Shown here in pieces: positions 17,097 through 26,791 of a DNA stretch of 62,488 bases. The stretch is from Candidatus Omnitrophota bacterium (GTDB lineage: Bacteria > Omnitrophota > Omnitrophia > Omnitrophales > Aquincolibacteriaceae), in the NCBI GenBank assembly GCA_016930235.1, contig JAFGHI010000005.1, positions 1 through 62,488 on the forward strand, read 5' to 3'. The translations under genes and the position numbers were made by a program. The notes under the pieces were generated by a model. That model saw only the letters and a list, made by a program, of their open reading frames with translations, was not told where the DNA came from and ran no database searches. How positions within the stretch are numbered: the first letter of the stretch is position 1; every line of letters begins with the position of its first letter.

Positions 17097-19847
17097 CTAT
17101 GTTTCTAAAATAGGCCACGCTTTCTCAGGATTTATTTGAAGCGTTACGATCGCCTTTTGGACCACATCTCGGGAAATTTCTCTTCTTTGCGCTAAGGCAT
17201 AAAGACTTGCAATCACAATATTCTCGGCATCGACCTCGAAAAAACGCCTCAAGGATGTACGTGTTTCACTTCGTCCGAAACCATCCGTCCCCAAGCTCAT
17301 TAGACCGCCCGGCACCCACGGAGCAATTTGATCAGCCACTAATTTCACATGATCTGAAACAGCAAGGAAGGTGCCTTTCTCAATGCCAAGAATCCTTTCC
17401 ACATAAGATTTTTTAGGTTCTTCTTGAGGGTGAAATCGATTCCAGTGATCACAGTTTAAAGCATCGACGCGGAGCTGCTTAAAACTGGTCACGCTCCAAA
17501 TATCCGATGAGACACCATAGGCTTCAAGCATTTCTTGAGCTTTCAGCGCTTCCAGGACAATCGGCCCGCTTGCCAGCAAATGAATTTTCCTATCTAAGCC
17601 TTTTTTTCCTTCTTTGAATTTATAAAGGCCCTTCAAGATGCCTTCTTCGCACCCCTTCGGCATCTCCGGCATCCGGTAAGTTTCATTGTAAAGCGTAAGA
17701 TAATAAAATACTTCTTCGCCTTCTTGATACATTCGCCGGAGACCGTCCTGGATAATCACAGCAATCTCGTAAGCAAAAGCAGGATCATACGCAAGAAGGT
17801 TCGGAACCGCACTCGCCATGAGGTGACTATGACCATCCTGATGCTGTAATCCTTCGCCCTCTAAGGTGGTTCGACCTGCCGTCGCTCCGAGGAGAAAACC
17901 TTTTGTTTTGCTATCGCCGGCGGCCCAGATCAAATCCCCGACCCGTTGAAATCCAAACATGGAATAATAAATAAAAAAAGGGATCATCGGGATGCCTGTA
18001 TTGGCATAAGAGGTCCCCGCCGCAATGAAAGACGACATCGCCCCCGCTTCGGTAATTCCTTCCTCCAAAATTTGTCCGTCCTTGGCCTCCTGATAATAAA
18101 GCAGGCTTTCTTTGTCGACCGGCTCATAAAGTTGCCCCTTTGAGGCATAAATCCCGACCTGCCGGAAAAGGGCATCCATCCCGAATGTCCTGGCCTCATC
18201 AGGGATAATCGGAACTACCCGGCGCCCGATTTCCTTGTGACGCAAAAGATTCGTCAACATCCGCACAAAACTCATCGTGGTTGATACCTTGAGCTCGCCG
18301 GAACCTTTGAGGAATTCTTGAAACGTCTGAAGCGGCGGAATCTCCAAAGCCCGCGCCTTCACTCTTCCTCCCGGAACAAACCCACCCAACATTCTTCTTC
18401 GATTCAAAAGATATTTCGTTTCGGAACTCTTTTCACCCGGTCGGTAAAAAGGGGCTTCAGCAACATGATCATCATCGATAGGGATTTGAAACCTTGAACG
18501 GAATTCCCGCAATTCTTTTTCATTTAATTTCTTCTGTTGGTGGGTAATATTGCGCCCCTCACCCGCTTCGCCCAGCCCATATCCCTTCACTGTCTTGGCC
18601 AAGATCACGGTCGGTTGCCCCCGATGTTTTTCGGCCTTCAAATACGCCTGGTAAACCTTCTGAGGATCATGACCGCCGCGCATGAGCTTGTGAATCTGCT
18701 CATCACTCAAAGAATTCACCATCGCTAAAAGTTCAGGATATTTTCCGAAAAAGTGGCGGCGCGTATAACTTCCGGGTTCGACGGAATATTTTTGGAAATC
18801 TCCGTCCACCGCTTCTTCCATCCTTTTGACCAATAACCCTTTTCGATCCTTCGCCAAGAGAGGATCCCAATCGGATCCCCAAATCACTTTAATAACATTC
18901 CACCCGCTGCCCTTAAAAACACCTTCCAGTTCCTGGATAATCTTACCGTTGCCGCGAACCGGTCCGTCCAAACGCTGGAGATTGCAATTCACGACCCAAA
19001 TTAGGTTATCCAAGTTCTCCCTGCTGGCTAATGTCAAGGCCCCTAGGGACTCCGGCTCGTCAGACTCCCCGTCTCCGACAAAACACCAGACCTTCGGCTC
19101 TCTTCCCTTCAAAAATCCTCGGGCTTTTAAATACCGCAGATAACGCGCCTGATAAATTGACATGATGGGGGCCAATCCCATCGAGACCGAGGGAAACTGC
19201 CAAAATTCCGGCATTAAATAAGGATGCGGATAGGAGGAAAGACCACCGGATTCGGACAATTCCTGACGGAAATGATGAAGCTGATGCGGATGAAATCGTC
19301 TCTCAAGAAAAGCCCTCGCATAAATTCCCGGCGAGGCATGCCCCTGAAAATAAACGTAGTCTCCCAATTGTTTCCCGTTATTCCCGCGAAAAAAATGATT
19401 AAATCCAACTTCATAAAGCGTTGCACACGAAGCATAGGTGGAAATATGTCCGCCGAGACCTCGGTGCAAACGGTTGGCATTGACCACCATCGCCATCGCA
19501 TTCCAACGGATCAGACTTTTGATGCGACGCTCCAATTTCCGGTCTCCGGGATAAGGAATTTCCTTCTCAACCGGGATGGAATTAATATAGGGAGTCGATA
19601 TAAGTTCGGGAGTCGGAATCCCTGCTTCTCTAAGACGCGTAAGGACTTTATTCATTAAAAGGAGTGCGTGAGACCGTTTGCTTTTCTTTAGTGAGAAGGC
19701 AAGAACATGCTCCACAGACTGCAGCCAAATCTCCATCTCACGGGCAGCCCGCTCGTCAGCCGGAGATAGACTGGACTTAAGGGGCTGCACCCCCCAACCG
19801 CCTTGAATCCGCGCCGTCTTTGAGGCCTTTTTCTTTGACACTGCCAC
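17097..19847 (-). CDS. aceE: Pyruvate dehydrogenase E1 component, homodimeric type
   Basis: 916 aa. Length and conserved blocks (GGHISTYASCATLYEVGFNHFF, GDGESDEPESLGAL) match AceE-type E1. Confidence 0.95.
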   Translation of the reverse strand: MAVSKKKASKTARIQGGWGVQPLKSSLSPADERAAREMEIWLQSVEHVLAFSLKKSKRSHALLLMNKVLTRLREAGIPTPELISTPYINSIPVEKEIPYPGDRKLERRIKSLIRWNAMAMVVNANRLHRGLGGHISTYASCATLYEVGFNHFFRGNNGKQLGDYVYFQGHASPGIYARAFLERRFHPHQLHHFRQELSESGGLSSYPHPYLMPEFWQFPSVSMGLAPIMSIYQARYLRYLKARGFLKGREPKVWCFVGDGESDEPESLGALTLASRENLDNLIWVVNCNLQRLDGPVRGNGKIIQELEGVFKGSGWNVIKVIWGSDWDPLLAKDRKGLLVKRMEEAVDGDFQKYSVEPGSYTRRHFFGKYPELLAMVNSLSDEQIHKLMRGGHDPQKVYQAYLKAEKHRGQPTVILAKTVKGYGLGEAGEGRNITHQQKKLNEKELREFRSRFQIPIDDDHVAEAPFYRPGEKSSETKYLLNRRRMLGGFVPGGRVKARALEIPPLQTFQEFLKGSGELKVSTTMSFVRMLTNLLRHKEIGRRVVPIIPDEARTFGMDALFRQVGIYASKGQLYEPVDKESLLYYQEAKDGQILEEGITEAGAMSSFIAAGTSYANTGIPMIPFFIYYSMFGFQRVGDLIWAAGDSKTKGFLLGATAGRTTLEGEGLQHQDGHSHLMASAVPNLLAYDPAFAYEIAVIIQDGLRRMYQEGEEVFYYLTLYNETYRMPEMPKGCEEGILKGLYKFKEGKKGLDRKIHLLASGPIVLEALKAQEMLEAYGVSSDIWSVTSFKQLRVDALNCDHWNRFHPQEEPKKSYVERILGIEKGTFLAVSDHVKLVADQIAPWVPGGLMSLGTDGFGRSETRTSLRRFFEVDAENIVIASLYALAQRREISRDVVQKAIVTLQINPEKAWPILET

Positions 19848-19945
19848 GCTTTTTCCCCTTTATTTTAAAGAAGTTATCCTATCATAAATCCCTGAGAATC
19901 ACTACCGTTAGCGCGCGCTACTCCTTTCAGTGTATAATCAACGCG

Positions 19946-20665
19946 ATGCGATTAATTGACGTTCGCTACGAGACTCCTGCCGAAAATCTTGCTTGCGACG
20001 AAGCCCTTCTTGCAATGTGCGAAAACGGCTTCCAGGAGGAAATCCTTCGTTTCTGGACCACCGAAAAATATTTTGTCGTCCTCGGTTACTCGGCCAAGGC
20101 AAAAAGCGAAGTCAATCTTGAAGGGTGTCAAGAACTCAAGATCCCCGTCCTTCGACGCATTTCAGGCGGAGGCACCGTCCTTCAAGGTCCCGGCTGCTTG
20201 AACTATTCCCTTTTTTTGAAAATTTCCGGGTCTAATAATTACCGTAATATCACACAAACAAACCAGACCGTCATGGAAGCTCATCGCGCAACCATCGAAT
20301 CGATTCTAAATACTCGTATCCGCCAGCGCGGGATTACCGATTTAACAGTTAATGATCTCAAATTCTCAGGCAATGCCCAGAGAAGAAAAAAGAATTTTCT
20401 CCTCTTTCACGGCACCTTTTTGCTTAATATGGATCTGGCGATGATCGAGAAATGCCTGTTCCTTCCCCAAAAGCAACCTTCTTACCGGAAAAAAAGACGC
20501 CACCTCGATTTTTTGATAAATCTTCCAATTGCAGAAGTAACGATCAAACAAGCTTTACAAGAAAAGTGGGATGCCTGCAATAAACTTGAAACCATCCCCC
20601 ACGCTTTCATCCAAGAATTAGCCCGTCAAAAATATTTACAGGACGATTGGAATTTCCGTTACTAA
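19946..20665 (+). CDS. Lipoate-protein ligase / octanoyltransferase family protein (catalytic domain only)
   Basis: I take the Met at 19946 as the start (MRLIDVRYETP...). The motifs RRISGGGTVLQGPGCLNYS and KFSGNAQRR are characteristic of the LplA/LipM family. The upstream ATG at 19820 would overlap the divergent aceE start. Confidence 0.8.
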   Translation: MRLIDVRYETPAENLACDEALLAMCENGFQEEILRFWTTEKYFVVLGYSAKAKSEVNLEGCQELKIPVLRRISGGGTVLQGPGCLNYSLFLKISGSNNYRNITQTNQTVMEAHRATIESILNTRIRQRGITDLTVNDLKFSGNAQRRKKNFLLFHGTFLLNMDLAMIEKCLFLPQKQPSYRKKRRHLDFLINLPIAEVTIKQALQEKWDACNKLETIPHAFIQELARQKYLQDDWNFRY

Positions 20666-20671
20666 CCCCGA

Positions 20672-21007
20672 TCACGCTAACAATTGTTCTATTTTAGCGG
20701 CGCAAATAAAATCATTCTCCGAAAGACCGCCTAGGGCGTGGGTTGAATAAGAAACTTCGCATCGCTTATATCCGAATTTTATCTCCGGATGATGGTCCGC
20801 TTCGCGCGCAATACGGACAACCGAATTCACAAACGAAACCGTTTCGTCATAATCTTTAAATTGAAACACCTTCACGATGTTATTGCCGTTAGCCTGCCAT
20901 CCCGAAAGTTTTCTCAATCGCTCCCGAACTTCTTCCTTTTCCAACCGTTGGAGTCCGCCTTCGCAAGGCTGACAACAGCAACTCATTTTCTTTATTGGTC
21001 TATTCAT
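20672..21007 (-). CDS. Pterin-4a-carbinolamine dehydratase (PCD/DCoH) family protein
   Basis: CQPCEGG, then LSGW, then the DHHPE motif (READHHPEIKFGYKRCEV). An internal Met start is chosen. Confidence 0.75.
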   Translation of the reverse strand: MNRPIKKMSCCCQPCEGGLQRLEKEEVRERLRKLSGWQANGNNIVKVFQFKDYDETVSFVNSVVRIAREADHHPEIKFGYKRCEVSYSTHALGGLSENDFICAAKIEQLLA

Positions 21008-21108
21008 AGTGACCTCCGTAAGCTGCAACCATCCTCCCGTCCAGGAAGTTCCCCAGGGCCCGGTCACACAAGCCTAAGTTGAGGTAGCACTCAAGGTTAC
21101 GATCCTGC

Positions 21109-21136
21109 TTGCTGGAGCTTGTAAAACCAGTATAAT
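21109..21136 (+). promoter_or_regulatory. Putative sigma70-type promoter for the mrp operon
   Basis: TTGCTG (21109-21114), 16-nt spacer, TATAAT (21131-21136), 60 nt upstream of the mrpE ATG. Confidence 0.3.
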
Positions 21137-21196
21137 GCTGATTTAAATTATTCGGCATTTTTAGTCAAGGCTATTTTCATTAGCTGGGAATCCATC

Positions 21197-21700
21197 ATGA
21201 AAAATGGGTTGATCATCGCCATACGGGTAGTTGTTTTGTTTTTTTTCTGGGTCCTTTTATCCGGAAAATTGGACGCAAGTCATTTGGGGATCGGCCTCCT
21301 TTGTTCACTGGTCATTGCCCTAGTCTCATTCCCGAATCCCCAGGAGACAGAAAAGGACTTTTCACCTCGGGATATCCCTGGCTATTTCTTCCGGGGCTGC
21401 CGATATGCCTTTTGGCTTTTGACTAGAATCATCCTGGCCGCTATTCATGTCACCAAGCTTATTCTCGACCCTAAGATGCCTATTCATCCCGAGGTCATCC
21501 GTCACGAAACAATTCTTTCAAACGACAACGCCAAAGTAATCTTTGCAAATTCGATCACTCTAACGCCCGGGACCATTACAGCAGACTTTAAGGGTAAAGA
21601 CATGGCCATCCATCGTCTCGATAAGGAATCCTCCGGGGATATTGACTCAAGGCATATGGAACACCAAATACAAAGAATTTTTAAAGGACAAAAAGCATGA
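21197..21700 (+). CDS. mrpE: Mrp/Mnh cation:proton antiporter subunit E
   Basis: 167 aa with an MnhE-like N-terminal membrane region. First gene of a set of start/stop-overlapping genes. Confidence 0.75.
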   Translation: MKNGLIIAIRVVVLFFFWVLLSGKLDASHLGIGLLCSLVIALVSFPNPQETEKDFSPRDIPGYFFRGCRYAFWLLTRIILAAIHVTKLILDPKMPIHPEVIRHETILSNDNAKVIFANSITLTPGTITADFKGKDMAIHRLDKESSGDIDSRHMEHQIQRIFKGQKA

Positions 21701-21969
21701 TGCACGCTTTTTATTTGCTCGCCCTCTTTGTTATGGCCGCGGTCATCCCCCTTTTCCTTTACCGTGTGATCAAAGGACCGACTGTCTTCGACCGGTTGAT
21801 CGGCTTAAACGGAATCGCAACCAAAGCCATTCTCTTTCTCGTCATCATCGGTGCCTATCAAGCCCATCTAGATATGTTCTTGGACATTGCTCTTGGTTAC
21901 GGTCTTATTAATTTAATTGGTTCTGTCGCAGCCGCCAAATATCTGGAAGAGCGGGGGTTTAAGACATGA
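21697..21969 (+). CDS. mrpF: Mrp/Mnh antiporter subunit F
   Basis: 90 aa with RVIKGPTVFDRLIGLN, the MnhF signature. ATGA overlap with mrpE. Confidence 0.8.
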   Translation: MMHAFYLLALFVMAAVIPLFLYRVIKGPTVFDRLIGLNGIATKAILFLVIIGAYQAHLDMFLDIALGYGLINLIGSVAAAKYLEERGFKT

Positions 21970-22268
21970 CGCTTCTTTCGATCCTTTTTATCTTGGCTGG
22001 GTTGTTTTTCGCTTTTGTTGCAGGGATTGGTGCGATCCGTCTGCCCGACTTTTACTGCCGCTCTCACGCCATCGGCGTCGTCGATACTCTGGGAACCCTA
22101 GTTCTTATTCTGGGCGTCATGTTCCAGTTCGGTATTAGTATCATCACCGCTAAACTGGCTTTTATTTTAATCTTCATTTACTTGGCCAATCCGACGATTA
22201 CACACGTTCTGATGCGCGCCGCACTTCGATCCGGCCTTGAACCCTGGACAAAAAAGGTGCGCTCATGA
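21966..22268 (+). CDS. mrpG: Mrp/Mnh antiporter subunit G
   Basis: 100 aa with GIGAIRLPDFYCRSHAIG, the MnhG signature. 4-nt overlap with mrpF. Confidence 0.8.
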   Translation: MTLLSILFILAGLFFAFVAGIGAIRLPDFYCRSHAIGVVDTLGTLVLILGVMFQFGISIITAKLAFILIFIYLANPTITHVLMRAALRSGLEPWTKKVRS

Positions 22269-22795
22269 TCGTCGGAATCGCCAATATCGTTCTCGTCTTA
22301 TTCATCATCGCAACGGCCATTACTGCTGTCAGAGTCCGTGAACTTCTAAGCTCTGTTTTTATCCTGGGCGCCTTCAGCTTTTTTCTTGCTGTGTTATGGG
22401 CCCTTTTGGGCGCCGTCGATGTTTCATTCACGGAAGCAATGGTAGGGGCCGGGGCTTCTACGATTTTTCTACTTTTTGCTCTTTATGGGTGCCGGCATAC
22501 TGTCAATGAAGAAATTTGGAACAAACAAAGATGGCTGGCACTTGGCTTGATCTCAGCGTTGGGACTTCTTTTCATTTGGGGAAGCTTGGACCTTCCGTGG
22601 TTGGGGGATGCTTTTTCCCCCCCCAATGCTTATTTGTCCCCCTATTACCTCCAAAATTGTATTAAGGATATGGCAACACCGAATGCTGTAACGGCTGTCG
22701 TTGTGGATTACCGAGGTTTTGATACCCTCATCGAATCCACCGTCATTTTCACAGCCGGTGTTGCCTGCCTTCTTGTGATAAGGAACAAAAAATGA
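22265..22795 (+). CDS. MrpA-C-terminal/MbhD-like (DUF4040) membrane subunit
   Basis: 176 aa. DUF4040-like N-terminal half, and a C-terminal NAVTAVVVDYRGFDTLIESTV motif shared with MnhB-type subunits. Confidence 0.65.
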   Translation: MIVGIANIVLVLFIIATAITAVRVRELLSSVFILGAFSFFLAVLWALLGAVDVSFTEAMVGAGASTIFLLFALYGCRHTVNEEIWNKQRWLALGLISALGLLFIWGSLDLPWLGDAFSPPNAYLSPYYLQNCIKDMATPNAVTAVVVDYRGFDTLIESTVIFTAGVACLLVIRNKK

Positions 22796-23244
22796 GGCGC
22801 CGCCACGACAGCATCATTGTTCAAAAAATATCGAAGCTTCTGATTCCCTTTATTCAGCTCTTTGCTCTTTATGTCTTTTTTCACGGGCATCATTCCCCCG
22901 GCGGCGGGTTTCAAGCCGGCGTTTTGATTGGGGCCAGTTTTATTCTCATGTTTCTCGTGGGAATGAAAAAAGAAACTCAACATTTTTCAGTCCGGCGCGA
23001 ATTCCTGATTGCCGTTTTAGGGTTGGGCATCTTTTTGGGAATCGGTGCTGTTAGCCTCTTTTTCGGCGGAGAACTCTTTGATTACTCCAAGATCCCCTTT
23101 TTGGGAGAAGTAGCCCCTTACCGGAGGTACTTTGGGATCTTGATTGCTGAAGGGGGTGTCCTTTTGGTTGTCTCGATGACACTCGTCGTAATCACCCATG
23201 TCCTTGCCTTCTTACCTGTCGACAGAGAGGGTGAAACATGTTGA
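22792..23244 (+). CDS. mrpB: Mrp/Mnh antiporter subunit B
   Basis: 150 aa with HGHHSPGGGFQAGV, the MnhB signature. Confidence 0.75.
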   Translation: MRRRHDSIIVQKISKLLIPFIQLFALYVFFHGHHSPGGGFQAGVLIGASFILMFLVGMKKETQHFSVRREFLIAVLGLGIFLGIGAVSLFFGGELFDYSKIPFLGEVAPYRRYFGILIAEGGVLLVVSMTLVVITHVLAFLPVDREGETC

Positions 23245-23618
23245 ACCAAATCGTGGGACTCTTTAATTACGGTGCAACTTTCTTTTTGATTCTTTTCGGG
23301 ATCTACATCATGATTGTCCGGAACAATTATTTCCGTAAAACGATCGGTATGGTGATCCTGCAAACAGGCGTGATCCTTTTCTTTATTTCGATTGCGGCCA
23401 AATGGGGGGCAAGCATTCCGATTATTCCCCACGATCTTCACGGCACCGTGGATCCTACGCTCTATGAAAATCCTCTGCCCCATGCCCTGATGCTGACAGC
23501 GATCGTGGTCGGGGTCAGCACGTTGGGGGTCGCTTTAACCTTGCTTGTTTCCATCTTCCGTTCCTATCACACGCTCGAAGAAGATAAAATCTTAAAAGAG
23601 ATGGGAGATCGGAAATGA
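23238..23618 (+). CDS. mrpC: Mrp/Mnh antiporter subunit C (NuoK-like)
   Basis: 126 aa, three TM helices, NuoK/MnhC-like. Confidence 0.75.
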   Translation: MLNQIVGLFNYGATFFLILFGIYIMIVRNNYFRKTIGMVILQTGVILFFISIAAKWGASIPIIPHDLHGTVDPTLYENPLPHALMLTAIVVGVSTLGVALTLLVSIFRSYHTLEEDKILKEMGDRK

Positions 23619-25084
23619 ACCCTAACATGATCCCCGCTCTTATTTTCCTTTGTCCTTTTATGACAGCGCTGATGGTTCCCTTTTTCCATACGAAACGATC
23701 TGTCTCTCAAATCCTGACCTTGGCCGCATTAGCTGGATCTTTTTTCTTCAGTTTGAAGGGACTCTCGATCACCGGAAACGGCAGTGTCATTCACCATTAT
23801 ATGGGCAACTGGACGCCGCCGTACGGGATTGAATGGCGTCTTGACACTTTAAGTGCGTTCATGAGTCTTTTGGTCAGCGCCCTGGCGTTTATCGTTATTT
23901 TTGCCACAGGGGTCACCGTCGAGAAGGAGTGCACGAATGCCAAGATTCCCTACTACACGATTGTCCTTCTTCATGTCGCCAGCCTTCTTGGAATCATCTT
24001 GACCCATGACCTTTTCAATCTCTTTGTCTTTCTTGAAGTTGCCAGTTTGACAGCTTATGCCTTGGTCGCTTCGGGTAACGATACACGAGGCAACGTCGCC
24101 AGCTTCCGTTATCTTCTTATTGGAACCGCTGGCGCCTCCTTTTATTTACTGGGCGTCGGTTATCTTTATGCCGCTACAGGAACGCTCAATATGACGGATA
24201 TGGCCCTTCGGCTTCAAGAATTAGGAATCTCCAGAACGGTGTTTCTGGGCGTGACCCTTATCCTGATCGGGTTAGCAATCAAAATGGGGCTTTTCCCTTT
24301 TCACGGATGGCTTCCGGACGCTTATACTCACGCCTCGGATTCTGCTTCAGCCCTGATCGCTCCCCTGATGACCAAAGTCATGATTTATTCTTTTATCCGG
24401 ATTGTACTCTGGGTCATTGGAAGAAATACTCTGACTACTTTAGGAATCGGTCCCATTTTAACTGTCTTTGGGACCCTTGCAATTGTCGCAGGATCCATCA
24501 TGGCTTTTATGCAGCGCCGATTCAAAAGGCTGCTGGCCTATTCCAGCATCAGCCATATCGGTCTGATTATGCTCGCTTTCGGGCTTGGGAATAAAACCGC
24601 GCTGATCGGGGCTTTTCTTCATATTCTCAATCATGCCTGCATGAAAGCAGCCCTCTTCCTGGTTGCAGCCACCGCCTATCACCGTCATGGGATTGATGAT
24701 ATCTTTGATTTTTCCAAATTAAGGGGAAAAATGCCCTACACCATGGCAGCTTTTTGTGTGGCTGCTTTGTCCATGGTCGGCATACCGCCTTTAGCCGGAT
24801 TCTTCGGTAAGTGGTATATCCTTGTCGGCTCACTCCAAGCAGGTAAACCTATTTTTGCCGTACTGGTTGTCCTTTCAAGTCTTCTGACTGCACTTTATTT
24901 CTTCAAAGTAATCGAACAAACTTTCTTTCATCGGCAAAAAGAAAATGTTACTGTGCAGGAAGGGCCTCTCGCTTTGGTCATTTCAACAGGGTCCCTGGCC
25001 ATTGGATTACTTATCCTGGGTTATTTCGCGCCGGCTATTTTTCACTGGGGATTTAATCTTTTAGTCCCGGCGGGAGTCTTTTAA
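23615..25084 (+). CDS. mrpD: MrpD/NuoN-like proton-conducting antiporter subunit (D1)
   Basis: 489-aa polytopic protein with conserved blocks (HGWLPDAY, LLAYSSISHIG, HACMKAALF). Confidence 0.85.
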   Translation: MNPNMIPALIFLCPFMTALMVPFFHTKRSVSQILTLAALAGSFFFSLKGLSITGNGSVIHHYMGNWTPPYGIEWRLDTLSAFMSLLVSALAFIVIFATGVTVEKECTNAKIPYYTIVLLHVASLLGIILTHDLFNLFVFLEVASLTAYALVASGNDTRGNVASFRYLLIGTAGASFYLLGVGYLYAATGTLNMTDMALRLQELGISRTVFLGVTLILIGLAIKMGLFPFHGWLPDAYTHASDSASALIAPLMTKVMIYSFIRIVLWVIGRNTLTTLGIGPILTVFGTLAIVAGSIMAFMQRRFKRLLAYSSISHIGLIMLAFGLGNKTALIGAFLHILNHACMKAALFLVAATAYHRHGIDDIFDFSKLRGKMPYTMAAFCVAALSMVGIPPLAGFFGKWYILVGSLQAGKPIFAVLVVLSSLLTALYFFKVIEQTFFHRQKENVTVQEGPLALVISTGSLAIGLLILGYFAPAIFHWGFNLLVPAGVF

Positions 25085-25086
25085 CG

Positions 25087-26562
25087 ATGGAAATCTATTC
25101 GATTCGACCTATCCTTGCGATTCTGGTTTCCGCAATCGCGGCAGCCCTGATCCTTTTCACAAACAAGCATAAGAACCTTCGCGAATCCTGGACCCTGATT
25201 GCAGCAACCTTAAAATTTCTAATCGTCCTTTCTCTTTTCCCTCTCGTCACGGAAGGAAAAGTGGTCGTCTTTAAATTCTTTGAACTCCTACCGGGGGTGA
25301 CCTGTTCGCTTCGAGTTGATGCCCTCGGACTTTATTTTGCCTTGGTTTCTTCCGGGCTTTGGATTGTCACATCCATTTTTTCGATAGGTTATATGCGGGG
25401 ACTCCAAGAACATGAGCAGACACGTTATTTTGCTTCTTTTGCCCTAAGTCTTTCAGCCACCATTGGAATTGCCTTCGCCGGCGACCTCTTGACGATGTTT
25501 GCCTTTTACGAGCTGCTAACGATTGCAACTTATCCGCTTGTCGCACATAAGGAAACCCAGGAAGCTATTGTCGCAGGCAGAAAATATCTGGTTTATTGCC
25601 TGGGCGCTGCTTCCGTTTTTCTTTTCTGTATTGCATGGACATACAGCCAAACGGGGACGTTAACCTTTCAACCAGGCGGCTTCCTGGAAAATGCTGCGGA
25701 CCCCAAAACACTTGGTTTGCTCTTTATTCTTTTTATCTACGGGGCTGGCGTTAAATCCGCATTATTTCCCGTCCATGCGTGGCTTCCGACCGCCATGGTC
25801 GCTCCCACACCCGTCAGCGCTTTGCTTCATGCGGTAGCCGTCGTCAAAGCCGGCGTCTTCGGGATCTTAAGGATCGTGGGATTTGTCTTCGGCCCGGACC
25901 TCATTCGCGACATTGGGATGGGAAATGTCCTGGCCTTCCTGGCAGGATTTACAATTTTATTTGCCTCGATGATGGCGCTTGCGCAAGATAATTTAAAAAG
26001 ACGATTGGCTTACTCAACAATCAGTCAACTCGCTTATATCGTTCTGGGGAGTGCGCTCCTGACACCCTCCGGCTATGTTGGAAGCATGCTTCATCTTTCC
26101 AATCACGCCATGATGAAAATCACGCTCTTTTTTTGTGCCGGGGTGATTTATGTCAAAACGCATAAGGAAAATATCAGTGAGATGAGAGGCATCGGATACA
26201 AACTCCCGTGGACCATGATCGCCTTTACGGTGGGCGCGATCGGTTTATCCGGCTTCCCTGCTTTCTCGGGATTCATCAGCAAATGGTATCTTTGCAAAGG
26301 GGCGATCGAGGCCAAGCTTTGGGGTGCACTCGCCATTTATTTGGGCGGCGCACTCCTCAATGCCGCCTATTTGGTCCCAGTCGTTGTCACCGCCTTTTCC
26401 CGTAACGGACAAAATTTCAAACCCGATGAGAGTTCGTGGACTTTAACTAAGCCGCCTGTGATCACGGCCATCTTGACAATTCTTTTTGGTCTGATCCCGC
26501 TCTTGATCGGTTGGCAACTTGAACTGGCCAATATGGCGGCTCGCGGAATTTTTGGAGGCTAA
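25087..26562 (+). CDS. MrpD/NuoM-like proton-conducting antiporter subunit (D2)
   Basis: 491 aa with HAWLPTAM, RLAYSTISQLAY and HAMMKITLFF. Confidence 0.85.
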   Translation: MEIYSIRPILAILVSAIAAALILFTNKHKNLRESWTLIAATLKFLIVLSLFPLVTEGKVVVFKFFELLPGVTCSLRVDALGLYFALVSSGLWIVTSIFSIGYMRGLQEHEQTRYFASFALSLSATIGIAFAGDLLTMFAFYELLTIATYPLVAHKETQEAIVAGRKYLVYCLGAASVFLFCIAWTYSQTGTLTFQPGGFLENAADPKTLGLLFILFIYGAGVKSALFPVHAWLPTAMVAPTPVSALLHAVAVVKAGVFGILRIVGFVFGPDLIRDIGMGNVLAFLAGFTILFASMMALAQDNLKRRLAYSTISQLAYIVLGSALLTPSGYVGSMLHLSNHAMMKITLFFCAGVIYVKTHKENISEMRGIGYKLPWTMIAFTVGAIGLSGFPAFSGFISKWYLCKGAIEAKLWGALAIYLGGALLNAAYLVPVVVTAFSRNGQNFKPDESSWTLTKPPVITAILTILFGLIPLLIGWQLELANMAARGIFGG

Positions 26563-26566
26563 CGAG

Positions 26567-26791
26567 ATGAAAAGAAACATCATCATCACAACCTTACTCG
26601 CAACCTTAGCGCTTGTGGTGTCAGAATTTCTTTTCGTCCACGAACACGCCGTTTTCTGGTGGCAAAAGATTCTTGGCAATCATGCCCTGATTGGACTTTT
26701 AGGAGGTATTGCTTTGATGTTTCTAGCCAAAGGGCTCGGACAATTTTTCTTATACCGAAAGGAAGACTACTATGATCGCCATGCATCCTAG
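26567..26791 (+). CDS. Small two-TM protein embedded in the mrp operon
   Basis: Internal Met start, 74 aa: MKRNIIITTLLATLALVV...LIGLLGGIALMFLA. Its end overlaps the start of the next antiporter gene. Confidence 0.4.
   Translation: MKRNIIITTLLATLALVVSEFLFVHEHAVFWWQKILGNHALIGLLGGIALMFLAKGLGQFFLYRKEDYYDRHAS

Noticed and set aside
19820-19945. The upstream ATG at 19820 as the start of the lipoate ligase gene
   Set aside because: It would overlap the divergent aceE start codon region. It would also add 42 residues (MRPFSLTLPRFFPFILKK...) unlike the LplA/LipM N-terminus. The family alignment begins at the Met encoded at 19946.
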